IMG/VR virus record: IMGVR_UViG_3300047160_002226
Span: 32,001 to 96,000 of that record
Strand: one strand, 5' to 3'
DNA: 64,000 nt
DNA from: a virus
Shown here: in pieces, positions 26,377-36,115 of the stretch
Layout: the number at the start of each line of letters is the position of its first letter
Numbering within the stretch: position 1 is the first letter of the stretch
Program-made: the position numbers and the translations under genes
Notes under the pieces: model-generated
The model's database searches: none
What the model saw: only the letters and a program-made list of their open reading frames with translations
What the model was told of the DNA's origin: nothing

Positions 26377-26565
26377 GTGAGTAACGCAGAGTACCATATT
26401 GATAAGGGGATCACTGTTATCGCCAAGCGGCTATATGAAGACGACTTCCCCGCTAACTTCACGATACTTTGCTTCAACTGTAACTGCGGAAAAGCTCGAA
26501 ATAACGGCATAGGTCCGCGTCAAGTTGAAGCATTTTGCTCCTCTCACGAGGAAAACGGAGCCTAA
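26377..26565 (+). pseudogene. HNH endonuclease remnant
   Basis: L...DFP.NFTILCFNCNCGK matches the C-terminal half of a phage HNH family; the N-terminal Zn-binding part is missing. Confidence 0.55.
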
Positions 26566-26567
26566 CT

Positions 26568-29219
26568 ATGGGTGGTGTCTTCGTTAGTCCAGGCGTATAT
26601 GTTCTGGAACAAGATCTCTCGGATTACGTTCCCGCTCTAGCAAGCTCGATCTTCGGAGTAGTTGGTGCTGCTTCGTGGGGTCCGATAAACGTACTCACCG
26701 ATACCACGAATGAGAACTCGTTGGTCAATACCTTCGGTGCGCCAGCTCTTGGTGCTCTCGTAGATACGCAGCGTCTCATCTACAAGCCGCTCTATCCTGC
26801 GATCATCGCCATGATCCAGTATCTCCGTCAGGGACAACAGGGCAAGTTCGTCCGTGTCTCCGATGGAACGGATGCTCCTGCAACGGCGCAGCTCCCAGAC
26901 AATGGAACGCCTGCCGTGGCAACAGGCACCATCGACGTTTCAGGTACGAAAGATCTCAGCGTCGATCACTTGGTCAACGTTTCGGTCAACGGTGGACCTC
27001 CAGTCCTGGTCGATCTTCGTCAAGGCGCCGTAGACGATACACAAGTCACTGCAGCCGAGATGCTCACCGCTCTCCAGAACCAGCTCATCTCTCAGCCTGT
27101 GCTAGCTTCTCTCCAGACGGTCGGCGCAGCGAAGTACCTCGCTCTCACGACAACGACTGGTGGCTCAACAAAGAGCATCGTCTTCACAGCACCTCCAGGT
27201 GGTGGTGCAACTCCAGCATCGCTAGATTCGGCTGCTGGTCCGTTCAACCTACAGTTCATCCCATCACCACAGCTCAGTCTCAAGATCGACGGTGGAGCCC
27301 AGCAGGACTTCGCGTTCACTGGTGTTAGCGCGAAAGCAACGACAAGTGTTGCTCCGTTCAATCTTGCACCGATTGGCGCTGTCAACCAGTCGTTCGCGGT
27401 TCAGGTGAAGTTGCCTGGTCAAACGGGCTTCTTCACGCAGCAGACGATCACCTTCGATCCTCTGGCGACGAATTATACCTTTGCCAGCATGGCTGCAGCA
27501 ACGAACCTTGAAACCGCTGCAGCTATCAATGCTCAAGCGGTTGGCTTCTACGCAGAAGCTCCAACTTCTGGTCCAGACGCAGGCAAGGTCGTCATCGCCA
27601 CGGATAAAGAGGGCTCTGGTGCGCAGCTCAATCTCATCAGCGGTTCTGCGCTCACCTCTCTCGGTCTCACGCCTGGTATCACGAATGGCACAGGCACCGT
27701 AGCGGACCTCTCTGCAGTGTCAACTGCAGATGTCGTAACTGTCGTTTCTGCCACGATCCTGAATGCGACATGCACGCTCGTCAGCAACCTCGCTGTTCTC
27801 ACGACGGCGTCTGTCGGTGCGACCTCAGAGATCCAGATCCTCAACGGCTCTGGCATGTTCGCTGGGACGGTCTTCGGATCTGCTGCTTCCGCAACAGCGG
27901 ATGCTACAGGTATCGTCTTCTTCTCTCCGCTTCCTCCGTATCCGATCACTTACACAGGATCGGGTCCTCTTGGAACGGTTCTTGTCACAGCGCTCTACAG
28001 CGGCACACGTGGTAACACGATTGCCGTCAAGGTCGGGCCTGGCAAGCTGGTAGGTAACAAGTATACGGTCAACGTCAACGGTCTCGATGCTGAGGTCTTT
28101 GACAACGTCGTGCGTCTGCCAACTACGGGTCAGACTGACATCACGATGGTCGTCTCGTCGTGGATCACGTTGGCTGGACTCACGGGTCCTGGTACATCAA
28201 CGAACAATCCAGCAACGGGCACCTATCCGCTTACGGGTGGCTCTGACGGTATGGCAGGGCTCAATGCAGGGTCCTACATCGGCTCGATCCAGGGCAACAA
28301 GATCACAGGGCTCCAGCTCTTCAAGGACGGCGATGCTGTTGACGTGAACATCCTCGCGGTTCCTGGCGACCTTGACAACGGAATCTATCCTGGTCAAGTC
28401 GGGTTCGTAGACGTTCTCGGCCCTGTCGAGGCAGCTCTAGACGAGATCTGCTCTGGACGCGGTGACTGTATGTTCGTCATCGACCCTCCGCTTGGTCTCC
28501 AGGTGGATAGTGGTGGCCTGACACCATCGGTCGTTGACTGGCATAACGGGCAGGCTGGCTACAACCATGCCGCCTTCAACACGAGCTACGGCGCAACCTA
28601 CTGGTCGCACGTCGAGTGGTACGACAACTACTCGCAGGCGAACATCTGGGCATCGCCCTCTGGCTTCGCTGCGCAGGCGTATGCCTTCACGGACTTCAAC
28701 GCAGACCCGTGGTTTGCACCCGCTGGCTACGTGCGCGGTGTCATCAAGGAAGGTCTGGCTGTCGAGCATTCGCCTGACCAGGGCCAGCGCGACAATATGT
28801 ATAGCGGTGGCAACTCTGTCAACCCGATAGTCAATTTCCACTCTGCTGGCATCATCATCTTCGGTCAGCGCACGCTGCAGCGTCAGCCAACGGCGCTCGA
28901 CCGTATCAATGTCCGTCGTCTGATGCTGTATCTGCGCAAGGTCATTGCAACGTCTGTCAAGCGTCTTCTCTTCGAGCCGAATGATAAGGGAACATGGACG
29001 CGGTTCATCAACCTCGTTGAGCCGTTCATGCGGTCTGTTCAGGCGCGTCGTGGTGTCACGGACTTCAAGGTCATCATGGACGAGACAACGAACACGCCTG
29101 ACGTTATCAATCGGAACGAGATGCACGGTCGAATCCTTCTCATCCCAACCAAGGCTGCGGAGGTTCTCGTCATCGAGTTCACGCTGCTCCCAACAGGAGC
29201 AACGTTCGCTCAGGTGTAA
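26568..29219 (+). CDS. gp18: contractile tail sheath protein, gp18-like
   Basis: VSPGVYVLEQDLS, GAASWGPIN, PWFAPAG..RG, VNPI, IFGQRTL, ALDRINVRRL, FEPND. Confidence 0.97.
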   Translation: MGGVFVSPGVYVLEQDLSDYVPALASSIFGVVGAASWGPINVLTDTTNENSLVNTFGAPALGALVDTQRLIYKPLYPAIIAMIQYLRQGQQGKFVRVSDGTDAPATAQLPDNGTPAVATGTIDVSGTKDLSVDHLVNVSVNGGPPVLVDLRQGAVDDTQVTAAEMLTALQNQLISQPVLASLQTVGAAKYLALTTTTGGSTKSIVFTAPPGGGATPASLDSAAGPFNLQFIPSPQLSLKIDGGAQQDFAFTGVSAKATTSVAPFNLAPIGAVNQSFAVQVKLPGQTGFFTQQTITFDPLATNYTFASMAAATNLETAAAINAQAVGFYAEAPTSGPDAGKVVIATDKEGSGAQLNLISGSALTSLGLTPGITNGTGTVADLSAVSTADVVTVVSATILNATCTLVSNLAVLTTASVGATSEIQILNGSGMFAGTVFGSAASATADATGIVFFSPLPPYPITYTGSGPLGTVLVTALYSGTRGNTIAVKVGPGKLVGNKYTVNVNGLDAEVFDNVVRLPTTGQTDITMVVSSWITLAGLTGPGTSTNNPATGTYPLTGGSDGMAGLNAGSYIGSIQGNKITGLQLFKDGDAVDVNILAVPGDLDNGIYPGQVGFVDVLGPVEAALDEICSGRGDCMFVIDPPLGLQVDSGGLTPSVVDWHNGQAGYNHAAFNTSYGATYWSHVEWYDNYSQANIWASPSGFAAQAYAFTDFNADPWFAPAGYVRGVIKEGLAVEHSPDQGQRDNMYSGGNSVNPIVNFHSAGIIIFGQRTLQRQPTALDRINVRRLMLYLRKVIATSVKRLLFEPNDKGTWTRFINLVEPFMRSVQARRGVTDFKVIMDETTNTPDVINRNEMHGRILLIPTKAAEVLVIEFTLLPTGATFAQV

Positions 29220-29261
29220 TCAATCTATCGCCTCTACTAAGAGCGATAAGGGAGCATCACT

Positions 29262-29816
29262 ATGCCGCTTACTGGTGATATGTCAGCGGGTGTCTACGAC
29301 ACCTTGGAACCGCAGCGCCAGGATAATTGGATCCTAGATATAGCTCCACCTGGTTCTGGGTCTACGTCTATCGGTGACGCCATCAAGCTGGCAATCCAGG
29401 TGATGGCGCTTCCGAACGAAACGACCGATCTGGTCGAACTGCATTACCTCAATGAGCGTCGGCACTATGCTGGCAAGACGCTCTATGAGGGCGGTACGAT
29501 CCAGTGCGTTGATTTCATCGATCAACACATCGCTACGCAGATCAATGCTTGGCGTCGGCTCGTTTACAATCCACTGAACGGTAAGGTCGGCTGGAAGGCC
29601 AACTATGCTGGGCAGGGGAACATCTGGCTCTACGCGCCGAACGGTCAAGGCGAGCGTATGTGGGAGCTTCGTGGTCTATGGCCCTCATCTGTCAATTGGG
29701 GCGGCTTGGACTACAACTCAGGCGATAAGGTTCTGATCGACATCACGCTTGTCTACGACAAGGCTGTCTTCAAGAACACTGAGCCAGCTTCTACCACGCC
29801 GATTGACACGAACTGA
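29262..29816 (+). CDS. gp19: tail tube protein, gp19-like
   Basis: Follows the sheath; ELHYLN..HYAGK, W.L.G.WP..V.WG.LDY, I..TL.YD. Confidence 0.9.
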   Translation: MPLTGDMSAGVYDTLEPQRQDNWILDIAPPGSGSTSIGDAIKLAIQVMALPNETTDLVELHYLNERRHYAGKTLYEGGTIQCVDFIDQHIATQINAWRRLVYNPLNGKVGWKANYAGQGNIWLYAPNGQGERMWELRGLWPSSVNWGGLDYNSGDKVLIDITLVYDKAVFKNTEPASTTPIDTN

Positions 29817-29871
29817 TATAACGTAACCGTCTGCTTCTGGTATTTTGCACCTGGACCTCTGGAGGTCTGTT

Positions 29872-30717
29872 ATGGAAAACGTCAATACAAGCCCCGTCCA
29901 GGCTCAGCCTGGCGGGGCTCCTGCCGTTACACCGCAGCAGCCACGTGATGCCTTTGATATCAAGGATCTAATCACCGATATCACTTTCCCTTCAAAGGGA
30001 CAGTTCTATGGTGACAAGCTTCCCGATGGGAAGGCCAAGATTCGTGGTTGGCGCACTTCTGAGATCAAGCTCATTGCCAACGCACGTAGGGGCTCTCCAA
30101 ACCAGCTAGAGCAAGCTCTGGATCGCGTCGTAGATAACTGTCTTATCCTCCCTAGCACCATGAAGTCTGGTGATCTTCTCTATACTGATGGCTTCTACGC
30201 CATGCTGATGCAACGTATCCTCACCTACAACGAGACATACAAGACAGAGATCAAGTGTGACTCGTGTGGTTTCAAGGATCCGTCAGTGTCGATTGATCTC
30301 ATGAAGGATCTCGACGTGATCTGGATAAAGCCAGAGATCCGTGAGCCAATCATAGTCGCTCTTCCGCATCAGGGAGCTGATATCGGTTTGCGCCTTCTCA
30401 GGCGCAGTGACACCATCAAGATCTCAAAGTACGCTGACCAGAAGATGCAGCAGAGTCCTGACCTTGGCGATCCAGCTTTTACCTATCGCCTCGCTCTCCA
30501 GATCGACACCATTGACAACGAAAAGGTCGATCTTGGTAAGAAGGTGGCATGGGTTGATAATCTTCTCGCCAAAGACCTCGTTGTCCTCAGCGATGCACTT
30601 GAAGGCGCTGTATCTGGCGTTGATCCGAAGATTCGCCACGAGTGCAGGAAGTGTGGTGAGACTGATGAGATTCTTCTTCCACTCTCGCTAGACTTTTTTC
30701 GTCCAAGGTCTGCCTGA
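29872..30717 (+). CDS. baseplate hub/tail assembly chaperone, gp26-like
   Basis: FPSKG.FY, two CxxC motifs (CDSC, CRKC), ends DFFRP; GGAGG RBS. Confidence 0.8.
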   Translation: MENVNTSPVQAQPGGAPAVTPQQPRDAFDIKDLITDITFPSKGQFYGDKLPDGKAKIRGWRTSEIKLIANARRGSPNQLEQALDRVVDNCLILPSTMKSGDLLYTDGFYAMLMQRILTYNETYKTEIKCDSCGFKDPSVSIDLMKDLDVIWIKPEIREPIIVALPHQGADIGLRLLRRSDTIKISKYADQKMQQSPDLGDPAFTYRLALQIDTIDNEKVDLGKKVAWVDNLLAKDLVVLSDALEGAVSGVDPKIRHECRKCGETDEILLPLSLDFFRPRSA

Positions 30718-31012
30718 AACTACTCAACTTCTCGACCAGTTTTTCGAGTTGGTGTATTACGGTCGATTTGCAGAAACTTCCTATCTAGAAGATTTGCCCT
30801 GGCGCGACTTCCTCTATCTGCATCGCAAGCTAGTGCAAACGAAGAAAGATGAGAAGGAGGCACATGAACGTGCCTCTGCATCGGGTGGAAAAGCCACTCG
30901 TACTGCAGGCCCACCTTCTACCAATCTGCCAAAACCGCCTTCACCAACGTCTCCTCTACCGAAGCCACCTCGCAGCATGATGCTGCCCCGTGGGAAACCG
31001 CCTCGTAGGTAA
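30692..31012 (+). CDS. gp51-like chaperone partner, probably expressed by frameshift from the upstream gene
   Basis: The +1 frame is open from 30692 with no usable start ATG: LLDQFFELVYYG...LPWRDF...L...K..E. Confidence 0.6.
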   Translation, partial: TFFVQGLPETTQLLDQFFELVYYGRFAETSYLEDLPWRDFLYLHRKLVQTKKDEKEAHERASASGGKATRTAGPPSTNLPKPPSPTSPLPKPPRSMMLPRGKPPRR

Positions 31013-31026
31013 AAAGGTCGAGAACC

Positions 31027-33807
31027 GTGCCTGATCCGTCGAACACCTTTCTCTTTACCATCGCGGTCAAGAACCTTGCGACGGAAGTGCTCAAGGACAG
31101 CGAAAAGCTATTTACTAGCTTGGGCGATGTCACAAGCAATGTCGCGAAGGGTCTCGGTCTAGTCAACGACGCCCAGCTCGAAATGATAAAGACTGGCGCC
31201 AAGGAGATGGCAGCGACCTTCGGCCAGGGCCTTCTCCCTACATTCCTGCTAGGCAAGCTTGACAAGATCGGCTTCGGTAAGGAGTCGAAGCTCGCTTTGG
31301 ACTTCATGAAGGACTTGAACACCACGCTCAAGCAAGATTTCGGGAAGAGTCTCAAAGACATTCTCGGAATGATGAAGAACATGGATGCCAAGGGCATCGT
31401 TAAGTCCTTGCTGGCTGGGTTCGCGAAGCAAAAGGTCATGCAAGCGTTCGTCACTGTCATGCAGATGGCAACTGATGAAGCCTTTAAGCTCAACGATGCT
31501 GTCATAGCGATACGCCAAAACTTCCGTATGACAACCAAGGAAGCCTCTGACCTTGGTGATTCCATGGTCAATGCAGCGATAAATACTGGTTCCTCTCTCG
31601 ATGAAGCTGCAGACGCGGCTGGTGCTCTAGCGAAGGTAAACCTTCGTGGAGCTAAGAATATGGATGAATACGGCGAACTAACGCTCAAGATGTCCCAGGC
31701 GTGGGGCATGAGTGCTCTCGAAGCCGCCGAATTCGAGAAGACGGCCAATAAGATCTACGGTGTTGGAGCCGCAGGGCTTACTGGCATCGCCTCAGCCTTT
31801 GACCGCATTGGCCGTACATCGATGATGAGTCGCAAGGAGCTTGTCGAATTCAGTAAATCACTTACGCCACTTTTGCTTCGGATTCCTAAGACTCTTCGTT
31901 CACAAGTTGCCCCACAAGTCATCGCAACAATCGGTGCTATATCCGCAGAATTCAAAGATATGGGCATTGATCCACAATTCGTTGTCGAAAAACTCCAAGC
32001 CCTCAAGGATCCGATTAGCTCCGAAGGTCGTAAGCTCCAGGCGATGATTGTTGGTTACGGTGGTGCTACTGCTAAGCAGTTTACAAAAGCTCTACACGAC
32101 AATGATATGGGCGTAATCATGGAGGCCCAGCTCAAGGCCGTCCAGAACTTGAAGAAGAGAATTGGTGATGAGAGGTTTACGCGCAACATCACCCTGTACG
32201 CCAAAGCCTGGGGTATGACCGCTGAGCAACTGCAATCAATTTCTGAGATGAGTATCAAAGACCTTCATGATCGAGTAACTGTATCGGATGAGGATCGAAA
32301 GAATCTTGAGAGCTTCAATAAGGGATGGGATGACTTTACATCTTCAATCAAAGTCTTCAAGGAGAAGATCGGCAACGTCTTCAAGGGATTCTTGATGCTC
32401 ATCGGTAAGCCGCTCTTCTATGTGCTAAATGCGATTACATCTGGTCTCAACTGGTTCTTGAGCTTGCTTGGCAAGATTGACAAGGATACGAAATCGTTCG
32501 TCGGTAATGTCGTAGGGCTAGCTGGCTTTGCCTTGATGATTTGGAAGATCGTGGCAGGCTGGTCAACGATGGCAGGCTGGATAGAGACAGCGTTCTTCTG
32601 GATGATGAAGTTCGGTTGGTTCCGAACACTTATGCCAATCATCTACAATGGAATTGTTTCGATTGTAGCAGCACTAGGATTCTGGCTAGTAGCTATCGTT
32701 GCAGTAGTAGCTGCGGTAGTTCTTTTGTACAAGGTCTGGAAAGCTAACCAAGACAAGTTCATGAAACTCTTTGATAGGATGGCACCAATCCTCAAGAAGA
32801 TCGGCCTCATCATCGCAGGTATCACTCTTTTGTTCAATCCAATGCTGATACCTATACTTGCTGTGGCTGGTGCGATCTATGCCGTTTACAAGTATTGGGA
32901 TGATTTCTACGCGGCTATGAAGCCTGGTCTTGAAGATCTTGAGGGTGCCTGGAACGCAATCGTAGAGGCGGTTGGAGATGTTGTAGACCAGCTATCAGAA
33001 GCGCTAGGCCCAGCTCAGGAAGATACTGCAGGCTTCGGAGAGATCATCACGAAGGTGTTCAAGGGCGTTGCTAAGGCCATTGGCACTGTCGCTTCGTGGG
33101 TTTCAACGTTTGTCGCGCTGCTAGTTCACTTCCTCAAGCCAGCGATCACAGGAATCGGTGTAGTACTTGAACCTATCTTCAAGATCCTCGGAGACATCTT
33201 CAACAAGAAGGCTGCAACTTCGTGGGGTGATGCGATCATCGACGTGTTCTACCAGATTATTCGCATCGTATACACGCCGTTCCGCCTAATAGACAATTTT
33301 ATCAAGACGATGTTCGGCTTTAGCCCAATCGACAAGTTCGTGGAGAAGCTCAAAGGTTTCTTCAAATGGGTCACAGATATGTGGGCCGTTCTCAAGAATG
33401 GTGTCGTCAAAGTCTGGGCCTCTATCAAGGATGAGGTTGGTAGTTTTGTTGAGTGGATGATCAAGCAGCTCAAGAACATTGGCAGAAGTCTCGTCAAGGC
33501 GATCCCTGGCGGTTCTACCGTCTTGAAGATGCTCGGGTGGGACGCTCCAGAGCCAGAGGCCCAGGCCCAGGGCGGTATAGCCACAGGCCGACAGACAATC
33601 ACAGTCGGTGAAGGGGGCCAGCCAGAGGCCATCGTTCCACTCAGCAAGATGAAGCAAGTTGCGAAGGATGCTGGTGTTGCGCATCCACAACAGCAGATGA
33701 TGAGCATGGATGATGTTATCGCGGCGATCAAGCATCTTGAAGATACGATGGTCAGGATCTCGAATCGTAGCGGAGCTGCGGCAATGGTCCGCACGGGAGG
33801 TTTCTAA
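31027..33807 (+). CDS. tape measure protein
   Basis: 926 aa, helical, hydrophobic segments, Trp/Phe periodicity, C-terminal AQGGI...VGEGG.PEAIVPL. Confidence 0.9.
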   Translation: MPDPSNTFLFTIAVKNLATEVLKDSEKLFTSLGDVTSNVAKGLGLVNDAQLEMIKTGAKEMAATFGQGLLPTFLLGKLDKIGFGKESKLALDFMKDLNTTLKQDFGKSLKDILGMMKNMDAKGIVKSLLAGFAKQKVMQAFVTVMQMATDEAFKLNDAVIAIRQNFRMTTKEASDLGDSMVNAAINTGSSLDEAADAAGALAKVNLRGAKNMDEYGELTLKMSQAWGMSALEAAEFEKTANKIYGVGAAGLTGIASAFDRIGRTSMMSRKELVEFSKSLTPLLLRIPKTLRSQVAPQVIATIGAISAEFKDMGIDPQFVVEKLQALKDPISSEGRKLQAMIVGYGGATAKQFTKALHDNDMGVIMEAQLKAVQNLKKRIGDERFTRNITLYAKAWGMTAEQLQSISEMSIKDLHDRVTVSDEDRKNLESFNKGWDDFTSSIKVFKEKIGNVFKGFLMLIGKPLFYVLNAITSGLNWFLSLLGKIDKDTKSFVGNVVGLAGFALMIWKIVAGWSTMAGWIETAFFWMMKFGWFRTLMPIIYNGIVSIVAALGFWLVAIVAVVAAVVLLYKVWKANQDKFMKLFDRMAPILKKIGLIIAGITLLFNPMLIPILAVAGAIYAVYKYWDDFYAAMKPGLEDLEGAWNAIVEAVGDVVDQLSEALGPAQEDTAGFGEIITKVFKGVAKAIGTVASWVSTFVALLVHFLKPAITGIGVVLEPIFKILGDIFNKKAATSWGDAIIDVFYQIIRIVYTPFRLIDNFIKTMFGFSPIDKFVEKLKGFFKWVTDMWAVLKNGVVKVWASIKDEVGSFVEWMIKQLKNIGRSLVKAIPGGSTVLKMLGWDAPEPEAQAQGGIATGRQTITVGEGGQPEAIVPLSKMKQVAKDAGVAHPQQQMMSMDDVIAAIKHLEDTMVRISNRSGAAAMVRTGGF

Positions 33808-33810
33808 CCC

Positions 33811-34365
33811 ATGCCCGCAGAATTGGTAAACAACTGTTATCTGGTCATTGACGATCAGAACGCTGGTGCTACTAATCAGAAGTACTTGTATTTCCAGAGT
33901 ATGCCAGACGATCTACAGTCCACTAAGACGGCTAACATCAACGAGATCCAGATCCTCGGTCGTTCTGAGCCGATTAAGACTTACGGTTCATCTGGGCCGA
34001 GATCATGGAACCTGGAGCTTCATTTCTTCAACAATGACGGAAACAGCGTCAATGAGGTTGTGAACTGGACTAATTGGTTAGAGTCCTTGGCATATCCTAT
34101 CTATCTTAATGGCATCTCGTACGGACTTCCTCGTCTTATCTTCTCTTTCGGAAAGGTTCTGACAGTCCGTGTTATTTGTTCGAGTGTTACAACGACATGG
34201 AACTCTCCATGGGATGCAGATGGTACCATGACAGATAGTCAAATGATTACGAATATAGTCGGTCCTATGCACGCTTCATCGCAGATTGTTCTAGACCAGA
34301 TCAGCAGAATACCGTTTGGGCACAACGAAGTATTCAATGGTGCCCACAACAACAGCACTGACTGA
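33811..34365 (+). CDS. tail tube initiator/baseplate protein
   Basis: FQ.MP.......AN...I.ILGRSEP...Y..SGPR...L.L.F; WL.SL.YP.Y. Confidence 0.7.
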   Translation: MPAELVNNCYLVIDDQNAGATNQKYLYFQSMPDDLQSTKTANINEIQILGRSEPIKTYGSSGPRSWNLELHFFNNDGNSVNEVVNWTNWLESLAYPIYLNGISYGLPRLIFSFGKVLTVRVICSSVTTTWNSPWDADGTMTDSQMITNIVGPMHASSQIVLDQISRIPFGHNEVFNGAHNNSTD

Positions 34366-34372
34366 GACTAAC

Positions 34373-34705
34373 ATGAGAACGATCAATCTTCCTATCACTT
34401 CACGCTTGTCCGCGACTCCACTTATCCAGTCGCCTACAGACAACGTGTACTACTTTGGCGTCTGGGGTGTCATCGACTTTCCTGTATCCCCAGAAGATGA
34501 ATTCTACAGGCTTACTGCGCGGGATGTAGTCCGCTGGGATATCCTCGCGAACACTAAATACCGCGACTACAACAAGATGTGGATTTTCTGGGCTGCGAAC
34601 AACATCATGGATCCGTTCAACGTCATGCCAGGCACGTTGATCCGTATACCAGGAAACAAGACAGTTAACTCTGTTCTGCAATCCATCAACGGAAACGCGC
34701 CGTAG
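34373..34705 (+). CDS. LysM-like baseplate wedge protein (gp53/gpX-like)
   Basis: RWDILA..KY....MWI..AANNIMDPF...PG..IRIP. Confidence 0.8.
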   Translation: MRTINLPITSRLSATPLIQSPTDNVYYFGVWGVIDFPVSPEDEFYRLTARDVVRWDILANTKYRDYNKMWIFWAANNIMDPFNVMPGTLIRIPGNKTVNSVLQSINGNAP

Positions 34706-34718
34706 TGGAGCTATCCTA

Positions 34719-36113
34719 ATGCCTCTGCCACAGATACCGCCTGAGAGTGATCGTGGTTTCGGGCAGGTAATTACACCTGCTGATACCCCGTTCGTCAAGC
34801 TCATGGCCCAAGGTAACGATCTTTCTGTCGTTCCAAATTTCTTGAAAAGCTTTACATTCGAGCACAATTTTGGTGAGGACGGTGCTAGCCAAGCGACAAT
34901 TCAACTATTCGATCCAAATTTCGATCAGCTTGAAAACGTTATATTCAGCAGTAGTCTAGCGATATCATTCCAGTGGGGCTGGGCTAATGGCACGAAGTCT
35001 AATCTTCACGAGGCCATAATCGCCAGCTATGATGTGGCATTTGAGTGGGGCCAAGGCACCTTGCTCACACTGACTACGACCGATATAACGCAACAATTTC
35101 TCAATAACACTACAGATAACACGAGCTGGAAGGCAAGTGATAAACCTTCTGAAATTGCTCAATTCTTTGCGACTAAGCACAATCTGACACCGATTGTTGA
35201 AGAGTCGTATCCGCTCAATGTTCCTCTTACGCAACCAGTAGGGTTGTCAGATTTGGCTTTCTTGCAAACTATCAAGAAACTAGCTATTTCAGCACGTACT
35301 GGCATTGGTGGCTATGTATTCTCCGTCACTGCGAATAACGAGTTGCACTTCCACACTAGAAATTACGTTCAAGATGAGGCAAAGAAGTTCATCTATTATC
35401 TTGGGCGCGAGCGCAATGGCGTCATTATGGAGTTTTCACCAGTAGTTGAATCACAGACGCAGCTCGCGTTTGGTGGTTCAGGTTTCCAGGTCCAGTGCTA
35501 CGACCCTGTCAATAAGAAAGATATAGTCTATACAGCGAACAATGAGACACTTGTTGGTATGCCATCCACAGGTCAAAAAGTACCGAAGGATGCAGCTACC
35601 CCACGTGTAGCCCGCGTTCCGTACTTTGCGTTCCAAAATGCCCAAGCGGTAGCTCAAGATCGTTTTATTGCTCACTCATCTGGTAACTACGACGCGACTA
35701 TAAAGATGTACGGCAACCCAACCATTCGTCCTGGTGACATTATTGACATCGAAGTTCTCATCCCCAAGAGTGGCCCTCTTCCAGAGCGTCTGCACTATAC
35801 ATCTGGCCCTTACTTCGTACAATCAGCTACCCATGAGATCGATGATGGCGGATCGTACACAACGACCTGCAAGGCGCAGCGCCAAGGATCATCAATGGAT
35901 GATCTGCCGAATGGTGGTTCATCCTTCAATACTACAACACCGCCTCAAGAGCCGAGCGTCCTTCCCCAAGATGGAAATGCGCAGCCTGCGACGAGGCAGA
36001 AGACGGCGGCAAGCAAACAAGAACTCATCAACCAAGCCAACGATCTCTTCAAGCAGGGGAAGACACAGGAAGCGCTGTCCACTCTTCGTCAAGCAGCCAA
36101 TTCAGGAAACTAG
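34719..36113 (+). CDS. baseplate hub protein (gp27/GPD-like)
   Basis: QWGW, Q...SDL.FL, LHF, GNP.IRPG..I.I, SG.Y.V...H.I...Y.T. Confidence 0.8.
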   Translation: MPLPQIPPESDRGFGQVITPADTPFVKLMAQGNDLSVVPNFLKSFTFEHNFGEDGASQATIQLFDPNFDQLENVIFSSSLAISFQWGWANGTKSNLHEAIIASYDVAFEWGQGTLLTLTTTDITQQFLNNTTDNTSWKASDKPSEIAQFFATKHNLTPIVEESYPLNVPLTQPVGLSDLAFLQTIKKLAISARTGIGGYVFSVTANNELHFHTRNYVQDEAKKFIYYLGRERNGVIMEFSPVVESQTQLAFGGSGFQVQCYDPVNKKDIVYTANNETLVGMPSTGQKVPKDAATPRVARVPYFAFQNAQAVAQDRFIAHSSGNYDATIKMYGNPTIRPGDIIDIEVLIPKSGPLPERLHYTSGPYFVQSATHEIDDGGSYTTTCKAQRQGSSMDDLPNGGSSFNTTTPPQEPSVLPQDGNAQPATRQKTAASKQELINQANDLFKQGKTQEALSTLRQAANSGN

Positions 36114-36115
36114 CG

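Noticed and set aside
28437-29126. Long minus-strand ORFs (this one, 30918-31748, 48651-49277, 16078-16722 and others)
   Set aside because: They lie antisense to well-supported genes and have no motifs; they are shadows of codon bias.
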